A stretch of 19,736 bases of DNA, taken from positions 260,777-280,512 of the forward strand of contig NZ_JAMXFD010000004.1 of assembly GCF_025370875.1 (NCBI RefSeq). Reading direction: 5' to 3'. This document shows positions 8,714 through 18,400 of this stretch, in pieces (within the stretch, counting starts at the first letter, position 1; each line of letters opens with the position of its first letter). Source of the stretch: Laspinema palackyanum D2c. GTDB taxonomy: Bacteria; Cyanobacteriota; Cyanobacteriia; Cyanobacteriales; Laspinemataceae. The notes beneath the pieces are model-generated. The model made no database searches. It saw nothing but the letters and a program-made list of their open reading frames with translations, and had not been told where the DNA came from. The translations under genes and the position numbers were made by a program.

Positions 8714-8746
8714 GGCAATCTCTGCCCACGGGTTAGGGAGATTGCC
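8714..8746 (-). terminator. 9-bp stem GGCAATCTC / GAGATTGCC 13 bp downstream of the proline-rich gene stop; weak U-tract
   Basis: read directly. Confidence 0.3.
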
Positions 8747-8758
8747 TTGACAACCCTG

Positions 8759-10078
8759 CTAACGTCCTAAGGCAGCATTAGCCAAGTTAACCCCACCCGG
8801 AGTAGCTTCCGGGGGTTGTTGTTCTCCCAGCGCTTTACTGATCTCAACGCCGTTTTGCTCCAAAATCACAATCGGGTCAGCGGAATCTAAATTTTGCACC
8901 TCTTTCACCAGCACCTCGCCTAGGGCAATGCGATCGCCTACCTTCACATAGCGCGAAGTTGCCTCATTAGGAGCCTTAACAATAATTTGCACTTGACCCC
9001 CCGCTCGAATCACCCCAGTCACTTCCGTAGCTTGGGCTAAATCCGTAGAAGGTGGCGGTGGTGGGACCGGAGGTGGGGGTGGGGGAGGAAGCTGCTCTGG
9101 ACCAATTCCCACTGGCAGTTCCGGAAGACCTGGCACCCCTCGCGCCACTAAAGGCGGAAGCGTTGGGGGTTGAGGGGGACCCGCAGGGGCCTGGGCGACT
9201 ACCGGAGGCAGTTGTTCTGGACCAATTCCCACAGGCAGTTCCGGAAGACCTGGCACCCCTCGCGCCACTAAAGGCGGAATGGTGGGGGGTTGAGGGGGAG
9301 CCGGTGGACCAGCAGCCGCTTGTCGTGCGGGGGGTCGCGGTCTGGGAGGTAGTTGTTCTGGGCCAATTCCGAAAGGCAAATCGGGAAGGGAGGGAACTCC
9401 TTGACCCACCAGGTCGGGAATTTGTGGTCCTTGAGGACCGGGCGTTCCGGGTCTGGCTCCCGGGCCCGTTCCATTTCCAGTTCCTCCCCCTGGTCCCGGT
9501 CTGGCTCCCGGGCCCGTTCCATTTCCTCGGCCTGCTCCTGGTCCTGCTCCTGGTCCTGCTCCTGGTCCTGCTCCTGGTCCTGCTCCTGGTCCTGGGAAGG
9601 GTTGAAAGGGTTGAGCTTGGGCCACTGCTTGACCTGGGGGTAATTCTGGACCGATCGCCACCGGCAATTCCGGAAGATCAGGAACCGCACGGCCTGGAAA
9701 TTCCGGAACTCTAGGAGTTGCGGGTGCTGCACCCGGTGCAGGAGTGACCGGCACCGGCTGGACATCAAGTATCCCAAAGGGATTTTCCTGAGCCTGTCGG
9801 GCCCTTTGCTGGTCCAGTTGCCGCACTCGCTCATCTGGACTGGTTGGGGGAATTAAATTCCCAATGGAAGTGGGATCCGGGCGCTGAGGCACCACAGGTT
9901 CTGCAAATTCCGGGGATTCGGGTTGTTCTCCGGCTTCTGGGGACTCCGGTGGAGTCTCCGCTGCTGGGGGAGATGGCTCGACGGGGGCGACGACTTCCGG
10001 AGTCTCCGGTTCACCACCACACGCACTCAAGATGAGGACGAGCATCCCAATTGACACCTTTAATAAAAGTTGACGCAT
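8759..10078 (-). CDS. proline-rich repetitive lipoprotein with C-terminal ~90-aa beta domain (PilP/GspC-like, tentative)
   Basis: lipobox MRQLLLKVSIGMLVLILSAC; acidic Pro-rich N-region; 4x ~40-aa repeat G-x-G-VP-x-LPELPVGIGPEQLPP; (GPGAGP)n; C-terminal RYVKVGDRIALGEVLVKEV. Confidence 0.7.
   Translation of the reverse strand: MRQLLLKVSIGMLVLILSACGGEPETPEVVAPVEPSPPAAETPPESPEAGEQPESPEFAEPVVPQRPDPTSIGNLIPPTSPDERVRQLDQQRARQAQENPFGILDVQPVPVTPAPGAAPATPRVPEFPGRAVPDLPELPVAIGPELPPGQAVAQAQPFQPFPGPGAGPGAGPGAGPGAGPGAGRGNGTGPGARPGPGGGTGNGTGPGARPGTPGPQGPQIPDLVGQGVPSLPDLPFGIGPEQLPPRPRPPARQAAAGPPAPPQPPTIPPLVARGVPGLPELPVGIGPEQLPPVVAQAPAGPPQPPTLPPLVARGVPGLPELPVGIGPEQLPPPPPPPVPPPPPSTDLAQATEVTGVIRAGGQVQIIVKAPNEATSRYVKVGDRIALGEVLVKEVQNLDSADPIVILEQNGVEISKALGEQQPPEATPGGVNLANAALGR
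9088..9302. repeat. two near-identical 120-bp in-frame direct repeats inside the proline-rich gene (diverged copies around 9340-9420 and 9600-9700)
   Basis: CTGGACCAATTCCCAC(T/A)GGCAGTTCCGGAAGACCTGGCACCCCTCGCGCCACTAAAGGCGGAA at 9098 and 9218. Confidence 0.85.
9529..9596. repeat. microsatellite (CCTGCTCCTGGT)x5 encoding (GPGAGP)n; adjacent 48-bp duplication at 9451-9478 and 9499-9526
   Basis: read directly. Confidence 0.85.
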
Positions 10079-10478
10079 GGCCGCTGATTATTAGGATTTA
10101 GTACAAAGATAGCCGATTAACCCAAAAGTGCTTCATTACCCAAGGAGTAATTCCGCAGAGTCGGTTCCATTTTTTATTGATCGCCCGGTTCTTTAAGCCA
10201 ACTTTATCTTGACAAAAACACTGAATTAGGATAAGACAGGCGATCGCTCATTCTATTGTCGATTCTAGGGTGAGGGCTGCTTTGGGCTCCGGAACCGGAA
10301 AATAGACAGCCAGTTGCTAGAAAAGAGCCTCTTGCACGGGTGCAGCGCTGGGATTATGATGGGCTCGGGATATCGAGCAAAAAGACCTCAACTTACTCTG
10401 TTTATCTGCCTATTGTACTCTAATTCTTCAACGGGAGAAATCCAGGAAACTCAAAACCTTTTTCTCGGAGAAACTCCC

Positions 10479-11096
10479 CTATATTTTAGTAAAAATAGTC
10501 AGCCAGACGGGACCGAGAAGGGAGTAATGTCCCTGGCATTGGAGTCTTGCTTCTCTCCCGAGTTGTTCGCGCCTTTGCCGGGAGTAGAGGTAAATATTGG
10601 CAGGAGAGACTCCCAAAGCATGAGACATATTTTGTCCCAGGGGGGTGAAATCAACTAAGTAGTATTTTCCCCTAGGGGACAAGACACGGTTGACTTCGGA
10701 TAAAACGCGACTGGGATTGGGGTAATGTAAAAAACTAATGGTATTGAAAACGGTGTCAAATTGTTGGTCGGTGAAGGGGAGTTGTTCGGCGTTTCCTTGG
10801 ATGAAAATGAGGCGGGGACGATGGCGATCGCGCTTTTTTTGTCTCGCTTGGTGAATCATCTCGGGGGAAAGGTCAAATCCGGTGCCGCGTAGGGTGGGAA
10901 ATTCCTCGGCAAGGCGATCGAGCAATCGACCCGTTCCGCATCCGAGGTCTAGCACATTGGGAGAGTCGGGCAAGTGCAGATAATCCAGTAATCTTTTATG
11001 CAGGGCTTGATAAAAGATAGTCGTAAACAGGATATCGTAAGTCGATGCCCAACGGTCAAAAAGTTTTTGTTTTTTGATGATTTCCGGGTGAGTCAC
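10479..11096 (-). CDS. class I SAM-dependent methyltransferase
   Basis: motif I VLDLGCGTGRLL; acidic motif II GFDLS; FIQGNAEQLPF; 205 aa. Confidence 0.85.
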   Translation of the reverse strand: MTHPEIIKKQKLFDRWASTYDILFTTIFYQALHKRLLDYLHLPDSPNVLDLGCGTGRLLDRLAEEFPTLRGTGFDLSPEMIHQARQKKRDRHRPRLIFIQGNAEQLPFTDQQFDTVFNTISFLHYPNPSRVLSEVNRVLSPRGKYYLVDFTPLGQNMSHALGVSPANIYLYSRQRREQLGREARLQCQGHYSLLGPVWLTIFTKI

Positions 11097-11169
11097 AGTT
11101 CGGTTCTCCTAAAGTTGAGGATATGATTTTAACAGGTTTGATTTCCGGGGGGTGCAGAGTGTATCAGTT

Positions 11170-11676
11170 CTAGGGGGTGACGCGGTAATTTTGGGCGATC
11201 GCATAAAAGAGAGAGTAATATTCCCCAAATCGGTCTTTGGGCGATCGGCCTTGCCAAGTATAAATCACATCTCCCGATTCTAGGGTCATCCGCATCACAC
11301 TTTCGTCAGTTCCCACTTCCACCTCTAACAATGCCGGTAATCCCTGTTCCGTGGTGAAGTTAGACTTAGGAACCGTTGCGGTTTCCTCTGCTTCCTCTAA
11401 TCCGGTGAGTTTCAAGGTTCCCCATCCTCTAATTTCTATATTGGGGTAATCGGGAGCATGAAAGGCACGTCCATCCTGATTCGTGGGGGGAGGGAGTGGT
11501 ACCCAATCCGGGGGATACGGAAACTCGAACCCAAAGCGCTGATTTTGATAAGTGTTCCATTGGGTGGGGACGGTGGGATTGGTGGGAGTGCAAGCGGAAA
11601 TTAGGACAGCGATCGCCATCCCCGACGCGATTCGGGGGAACAGTGCTGTGGGAAAAGGATGAGGGAAAGAAGTCAT
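11170..11676 (-). CDS. hypothetical lipoprotein (ORF opens at TTG 11763, overlapping the upstream stop; ATG 11676 gives MTSF...RIASGMAIAVLISAC lipobox; ATG 11619 also possible)
   Basis: LISAC lipobox; Pro/Trp-rich mature N-terminus; directly abuts DUF11 gene. Confidence 0.5.
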   Translation of the reverse strand: MTSFPHPFPTALFPRIASGMAIAVLISACTPTNPTVPTQWNTYQNQRFGFEFPYPPDWVPLPPPTNQDGRAFHAPDYPNIEIRGWGTLKLTGLEEAEETATVPKSNFTTEQGLPALLEVEVGTDESVMRMTLESGDVIYTWQGRSPKDRFGEYYSLFYAIAQNYRVTP

Positions 11677-11759
11677 AAATACACCGGCGATCGGCTGGGA
11701 TAACGGGGAGGGAATGCCTGGACACCGCCCGACGTGACTGTACCCTCCCCAACACTCAA

Positions 11760-14700
11760 TCAATCTATTCTAACCCGGAAGCGAATAAACCCATAGTCAC
11801 CCGCCGCCAGGTTACCAATATCCACAACCACCGCCCCTCTCACATTTGGCAGACGACAGACGGGAGGTGCTGTAATTCCTGAAGGATAAAACCGGCCTCG
11901 ATTACTCTCACTATTCGCACTTCTGAGATAGGCCGTCGGTAAATCCGGGTTTGGAGGATTTAACGCCAATGCAATCCCCACCTCAGCCCCAAACGCTCCT
12001 TCGGTTGGAGTTTGACCATTGAATGTATCCGTCCGAAATGTCTGATAGTTTTGCAAGGGGTCACAGACCCTTGCATTATCTAGAGGTCCACTCCCGGCAG
12101 ACAAAAAATATATTGTATATTCAACTTCATCTCCCGGTTGAATAGTATTGGAATTGGGCAATCCTCGCACAAAGTTAGCGGGCCAATTGGTCAAACTCTC
12201 ACTCTGACCTACAACCGTCCCATTAATCCGAGTAATCCGCTTTAGTAACTCCAGATTGGGAACTGCTACCGGAACAATAACTTCATTATCCTGATTATTG
12301 GTCTGGCTTGGGTCCAACTGATCGGAACCACTCACTTGCGCCACGTTCGTGATTGTTTCGTTAAGCCTGACTATGGCAGCAATTTGTAACGTCGCTGTTT
12401 CTCCATTATCCAGCCTATCCATAGTCCAAATCCCTGTACTATTGTTATAGTTCCCTTGGTTAGGACTGGCTGAAACAAACGTCAAGCCAGGAGGGAGTTG
12501 ATCCGTAATAGAAACATTCGTAGCATTACTCGGGCCATTGTTTTTCACCGAAATGGTATAGGTTATCGTCTCTCCCACCCTAGGGGTAGATTGATCTACA
12601 ATTTTCTGAACCTCTAAATCGGCTTGTTGCTGGGGAATAGTAACACTACTTTGGTTATTTGTAATGTCAGGATCAACTTGATCCGAGGAATTGATAGAGG
12701 CCGTGTTAGTGCTCTCATTGAGAGTATCTACTCGGGCACGAATTGTCAACGTTACTGTGTTCCCAGTATTAATCCGACCGATGGTCCAAATCTTTGTACT
12801 CTCGTTATAAGTCCCCAGGCTTGGCTCCGATGAAATAAACGTTAATCCAGTCGGTAACTGTTCTACAATGGATACATTTGTCGCATTATTAGGACCGTTA
12901 TTAACTACAGAAATTGTATAGGTTACAATGTCTCCTAGGTTGGGATTGGGATTATCTACAATTTTCTGAACCTTTAAATCGGCTTGTTGTTGAGGAATAG
13001 TAACAGTACCTCGGTTATTGCTGTTGTTGGGGTCCGGTTGATCGGATGCTGTAATAGAGGCCGTGTTAATAACTTCATTGACTGTATCTACTCTAGCACT
13101 AACTGTTAACGTTATAGTCGCTCCATTAGCGAGGTTTCCCACAGTCCAGAGACCCGTTGTTCGATTATATGCACCCCCACTATTGTCAGATATATAAGTT
13201 AATCCGGCTGGGAGTTGATCTGTAATTTGGACTCCGGTTGCGTCACTAGGTCCGTTGTTAGTTAGCGTAACCGTATAGGCGATGGTATCTCCTACAGTTG
13301 GATTTAGATTATCTACAGATTTTCTAAGGCTCAAATCCGACTCTTGAGCAATGACTGGGACACTACTAGCTTGGTCATCTTCATTTAAGTTATTATTTCC
13401 GGGAATAGAGTCAGTATCTGTTTCGTTAGTTGCAATGACTTCCGCTGTATTTATTACAGCAAGGCTGGTTGTAACTGTTGCCACAATAGTTAATGTAGCA
13501 CTTCCACCGTTGGAAACTGTACCCACCGTCCATAAGCCGGTCTTGCTATCATAGGTTCCTAGAGTAGGAGTAGAAGACACAAAATTTAAGCCAGCGGGTA
13601 ATTGATCCCTTACTTCTACTCCTGTCGCATTACCAGGTCCACTATTGTTTAAGGTAATCGTGAAGGTAACATTTTGCCCTAAAAGGGGAGTAGCATTATC
13701 AACCGTTTTCGTTAGGGATAAATCTACGTTTTGACCATTGATAACGACACTAGCTTGGTCATCTTCACTGAGGATATTATTATTAGGAGTAGAATCAATA
13801 TCAGGCTGGTCCGATGCACTAACTTCAGCCGTGTTGACGATAGGCTCTGGGATAGGCTCTGGGGTTGTGACTGTTGCAACAATATCTAATGTAGCAACCC
13901 CTTGGTTAGCCACTGGGCCTACAGTCCATATTCCTGTACTGTTATCATAGATTCCTTGGCTAGCAGTAGCAGAGACAAAGGTTAAACCGGCTGGCAATTG
14001 ATCCGAAACCTCCACATTAGTAGCATTATCTGGCCCATCATTCGTTAAGGTTAACCGAAATGTGACATTACTTCCCGGATTTGGAGTCGGGTTATCAACT
14101 GTTTTGCTTAAGCTTAAATCAGCTACTTGGGTTTGGGCAGAAAAAGTTAGTAAGCCCGGTGAATATCCATCGTCCCTAGTGCAGACCCTGACATTTGCAG
14201 AGGTGGCATTATTTCCAAAAATATTTTGAGCATCGTTTATAACCAGATTATCAGAATCAAACCCAAAATTATTGACATAGTTAGGCGTTCTTGTATTTGT
14301 ACTGGGTCCCGTAATAGAACTATTAAAAAAGTTATTGGAAGGATTGGATGCATCTGATAAAGGATTGTTATTCAATTCAAATGTATCACCCTGAAATCGT
14401 TGTGCTCGATCGCCCTCGTATGCAATCATTCCCAATCGGGCTGCAAAATTTCCAGCTAATGGAGTTTGAAATCCTGTCACATTAATCGCTAAACATTGAC
14501 TGTTGCTAACAAATGCAAATCCATCATAAACGATAATTCTACCAAATGGACTATTTGGATCTCGGTAAACGATAACTAGGCCCCATCCTCCATAAGGACC
14601 CGACTGAGAAATCCCGCTACTTGCTTGAATGTTACCAACTGTATAAGCTCCGGCTCCTCCTGCTCTTACGAGGTTTGTTACATTGGCGATGCCTTGATAG

Positions 14701-15359
14701 CGTCTACCTCTTCCGCCAATTCCGCCAATTCCGCCAGGACCATAACTCTCAAAATCAAATTGATCGGCTGTTATAGAGACATACCCTCCTGATGCTGGCG
14801 TTTGTAGCAGCACCCGATTCGCTTGACAACGTTGGTAATCCCCTCCGGAATTAATGGCAGTAATACCTGCATTTTGGCAGCCGGGGGAACGGGTAATCTG
14901 TTCGGGAGGATTTGTTACTGTTGTATGCTGCAAATCTGCACCCCAATATAGGCCCGCCCAGAGGACATCTGTACCCGTTACCTCTGCTGGTAATGCTAAA
15001 GTGGCACTACTTGAATTAAACGTATTAGAATTACCATCTGTATCCACATATCGCATGAAGAAGTCGTTATTATCCTGCGGAGCAGTGGGCCCAGCACCGC
15101 CTGTTCGTGCTGTTGAACAGGCAGCCGCATTAAGACGGCCTGGAGTAGGATCACACTCCATGATCGTATTTCCAATCAGAATCTGGTCACCTCTCTCCAC
15201 AGCCTCAAATCGGGGCGTAAAAGGCCGGTTAATTAATTGGGCTTTAACCGGGGCTGGATATAGAATTGTGCCTAAGAGCGGTAGAAGCCCTAGTATTTTT
15301 TTCAAAAATGGGCTTCGTAAAGTTCGTTGGGAGTTGGAGTCAGAGGGTAAGATGTTCAT
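11760..15359 (-). CDS. giant secreted surface protein with 5-6 tandem DUF11/CARDB-type conserved repeat domains
   Basis: signal peptide MNILPSDSNSQRTLRSPFLKKILGLLPLLGTILYPAPVKAQ; ~125-aa repeats starting ADLSLSKTVDN / VDLSLTKTVDN / SDLSLRKSVDN / ADLKVQKIVDN / ADLEVQKIVDQ, each with LTNxGPxxATxVxVxDQLPAGLTFVS...TGxWTVG. Confidence 0.8.
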   Translation of the reverse strand: MNILPSDSNSQRTLRSPFLKKILGLLPLLGTILYPAPVKAQLINRPFTPRFEAVERGDQILIGNTIMECDPTPGRLNAAACSTARTGGAGPTAPQDNNDFFMRYVDTDGNSNTFNSSSATLALPAEVTGTDVLWAGLYWGADLQHTTVTNPPEQITRSPGCQNAGITAINSGGDYQRCQANRVLLQTPASGGYVSITADQFDFESYGPGGIGGIGGRGRRYQGIANVTNLVRAGGAGAYTVGNIQASSGISQSGPYGGWGLVIVYRDPNSPFGRIIVYDGFAFVSNSQCLAINVTGFQTPLAGNFAARLGMIAYEGDRAQRFQGDTFELNNNPLSDASNPSNNFFNSSITGPSTNTRTPNYVNNFGFDSDNLVINDAQNIFGNNATSANVRVCTRDDGYSPGLLTFSAQTQVADLSLSKTVDNPTPNPGSNVTFRLTLTNDGPDNATNVEVSDQLPAGLTFVSATASQGIYDNSTGIWTVGPVANQGVATLDIVATVTTPEPIPEPIVNTAEVSASDQPDIDSTPNNNILSEDDQASVVINGQNVDLSLTKTVDNATPLLGQNVTFTITLNNSGPGNATGVEVRDQLPAGLNFVSSTPTLGTYDSKTGLWTVGTVSNGGSATLTIVATVTTSLAVINTAEVIATNETDTDSIPGNNNLNEDDQASSVPVIAQESDLSLRKSVDNLNPTVGDTIAYTVTLTNNGPSDATGVQITDQLPAGLTYISDNSGGAYNRTTGLWTVGNLANGATITLTVSARVDTVNEVINTASITASDQPDPNNSNNRGTVTIPQQQADLKVQKIVDNPNPNLGDIVTYTISVVNNGPNNATNVSIVEQLPTGLTFISSEPSLGTYNESTKIWTIGRINTGNTVTLTIRARVDTLNESTNTASINSSDQVDPDITNNQSSVTIPQQQADLEVQKIVDQSTPRVGETITYTISVKNNGPSNATNVSITDQLPPGLTFVSASPNQGNYNNSTGIWTMDRLDNGETATLQIAAIVRLNETITNVAQVSGSDQLDPSQTNNQDNEVIVPVAVPNLELLKRITRINGTVVGQSESLTNWPANFVRGLPNSNTIQPGDEVEYTIYFLSAGSGPLDNARVCDPLQNYQTFRTDTFNGQTPTEGAFGAEVGIALALNPPNPDLPTAYLRSANSESNRGRFYPSGITAPPVCRLPNVRGAVVVDIGNLAAGDYGFIRFRVRID

Positions 15360-15412
15360 GGAGTTTTAACAAGTATCAGAAAATTCCCGGTTGATGACCA
15401 CAGCCAAAAGTT

Positions 15413-18400
15413 TTAGGGATTAGAATTATTGGTGGATTGCGGTGCAGTTCCCTCTGCTGCTGGTGGGGGAATTACCTGTCCGAATCCGGGCCAGAGTTCG
15501 TTTAATTTGACGGTTAATCCTATGTAGGGACCGGAGGCGGACCGATCGCCATTAAAGTCCCGATCGCTGACTTTGCCGAAGACGTATCCTAACCCTAATC
15601 TCAAATCCGGAGTCAAATAATATCCCACCTCTGCTACCACTCCCCATTCATCATAATTCGCATTAGTTTGATGTATCCATCGCCCTTCACCCATCACATC
15701 CCAGCGATACCCAAATCGATAGGTTGCCCTCAACTGATTTAAGGACACTAAACTTGTGCCGACTAAATCATCGGCGAGGTATGAGGTACTTTGCCTTAAT
15801 GCGGTTTTTCCATAAAATTCCCATCGCCAATTGGGGGTATAAATGCTTTCTAAAGCAAAGGTATGGTCTCGCGCTCTTGTGCCCGAATCAAATAATATCG
15901 AATTCGGTATCAAGGCTGGATTCTGGCGATAATCATACCGCAATAAGGCATTAAATTTATCACTATTAGGATTCCGATAGGCTAACCCCATTCGCAAATT
16001 CACCGTATCCCCCATTTCATCAAACAATTGATTTGATGACGATGCCTGTTGATAGCGGGTGAGGACAGACAAGGAGTCCGTAAGTTTACCCGATGCTGCT
16101 GCGGAAATCACTGTATTGTTGCCACTACTGGAAAACCGATGTTCATATCGGGCACTAGCAGCAAAGTCCGGATTTCCGGTATAGTCAAATCCCACACTGT
16201 AACTGTCTCCGCTAAGAATTCCTAATGCAGCAGCACTCTGTCCCGGTGCATAAGGTTGAGCAAATTCACTCCCAGCACCTGTGCGACTAAATAGAGAACC
16301 AAAGACGTGTTCATAGGCGAAATTTACACGAAATCCCGGGAAGACTGTCCACCCATGTTGTAATCCTAGGGCGGCCCCCATTGTCTGTCCGTTAATAAAG
16401 GAATAGCGTCCGGTGACGATGGTATCTTCGGTAACGTTGTAATCCCCATTGAGATTGAGACTGGTGATGGAATTGTCTTCATATTGTCCCCCAGTAAACC
16501 AGACTTGATTTAATTCAAGGGTGACTCCGGGAACTAAGCGCCAATCTAACCCTAAAATGGTGCGATCGGGATAAACCACATCTTCTTCTTTTAAGAGGTT
16601 GAATTCATTTTGCGCCCGAATGTTAATTGTATCGGTAATCGGCATAGAAAAGCGCGATCGCAACTGAGAAGAGGTGGCATCTAAGGGACTGGTTGCCACC
16701 TCATCTTTCCGGTTTCTCCAAACCCAATCTAATCCCAAGTTTGCCCGCCCAATGGTCTGCTGCAATCCAGCAGAGATGGTGGTTAAGGAGTTATTCAGTC
16801 CCATTCCCGGAATGGGTTCTCGTCTGGGGGTTAAAAAATCCTCGATCGCACTAATGGGACGGGGAGAATTACCAAAGTTTTTCTCATGGTCATAGGCAAA
16901 CTGTAACAGGGTCGTATTCGTTAACCGACTGTTTAATAATGCCCCATACCGTGTTTGTCCTGGCACAAAACTCACCGTGGCATCGTTGGCAAATCCTTCA
17001 TCCGTATTGCGATAATACAAGCGACTAGAAAAAGGTCCGCCAATGGCATTTAATTCAAATCGGTACGCCTCCCCTGTGACGAGTCCTAAAAGTTCAGAAT
17101 CGTTGGTGGAATGGGCGTATTCCGCAATAAATTGGCCGCTGACTGGGGTTCTGAAATTCGGCACTTCTTCTTCTCGATAATCAGTCACCTCTTGGGGTGC
17201 TTCTTTACCAAAGGTGAGCATGAAATCGGCCCCATAAAGTTCAAAATCTCGGATGCCTTGATTTTGGCGCAGGTAGGTGGCCCCCAACCATCCGGGGGTG
17301 TTGAAATCGCGGGAAAAATTATAGCGAACTCGTCCCCCCCAGAGGTTAGTATTGCCGTCCAAGTCTTCATGTTGATAGGTGGCAACGATGCGTCTGGCAA
17401 CGACGGTTTCTACCCCATTAACGGTTACCACATCGGTTCGCAGGAGGGGACGACGAAACAAGATGGACCCGCGATCATAGTCGATTTCATAATCTGACCC
17501 TCGGTTGAGTTGTTGTCGTCGGACAATATTTCCCGGACGTCCGAGTTCTTCCAGTTCTAAAAATAAATTTTCACTGCCGGGGATGACTAATCGGTGAGAG
17601 AGGAAGTAAAATCCACTGGTCCCGTCGGGAGCGATCGCATCCCGTTGGAATCCTTGAACATCGTTGGCAAATAAGGCGCTGACTTGCCATTGTCCCCAGT
17701 TATAATTTCCTTTAAATCCCTGTAATGCGCGGGTTAAAGCAGTGAACTGTTGGGACTCGTTGGCAAATTCTGAAGTGCCATAATTTCCCCACATGAAGTA
17801 ATCTAATCCCGCATTTTCTTCCGATGAGGACCGTTCAAATCTCAGGAACACACTATCACTAGAAGGTGCAGTTGCCTGAACCGTTGAAGCATCTCCATAC
17901 AGGGGATAATTTTGCTCACTAAATTGGGTATCTGAAAATAACCGGCGGCGGTTGCCACTACAATCACAATTGAGCGATCGCTCGCTATTATAGGCCCCCG
18001 TAAATAACCATCCGCCTAACTCCCCAGTAGCAAACGCTGCACCTGTAACATCTAATTTAAACTCGTTATTTTCATCCGGGGGTAAAAAGTCCCGCAACCG
18101 TCCCCAATAGTCCAATCCTCGCCGTCCAAATCGCAGGTTAATTCCCCCAGTAACTAAACTCGGACGGAGGTAAGTATCAAACTGGATCTGAGTAAATGCT
18201 TCTAGCGATCGCCCTGCAATGGTTTCTGTATCTGTTGCGGCACGAATTCTCACGGTCTGAGCATCTAACGGCGACTGCAACTGTGCCGTAAATTCCCCAG
18301 CAATTACGGGTACTTGAAATCCAGCCTGATCGAGATTCAGGTCTTCCCCCATCAAGGTTCCCGCACTGGCACTGAGGGTAATCTCTGTGTCGCGTTCGAC

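Noticed and set aside
9052-9714. 220-aa plus-strand ORF and 188-aa/96-aa alternative-frame ORFs inside the proline-rich gene
   Set aside because: They are artefacts of GC-rich repetitive sequence that lacks stops in several frames; only the minus-strand frame yields a coherent lipoprotein with signal peptide and domain structure.
10210-10238. TTGACA-17nt-TAAGAC sigma70-like promoter on the plus strand
   Set aside because: No credible plus-strand gene downstream, and the -10 is poor; likely chance.
10314-10658. 114-aa plus-strand ORF
   Set aside because: It overlaps the 3' end of the well-supported methyltransferase gene in antisense, has no recognisable motifs, and is likely spurious.
14854-15369. 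171-aa plus-strand ORF
   Set aside because: Antisense to the 5' end of the DUF11 gene; the DUF11 frame has signal peptide and repeats.
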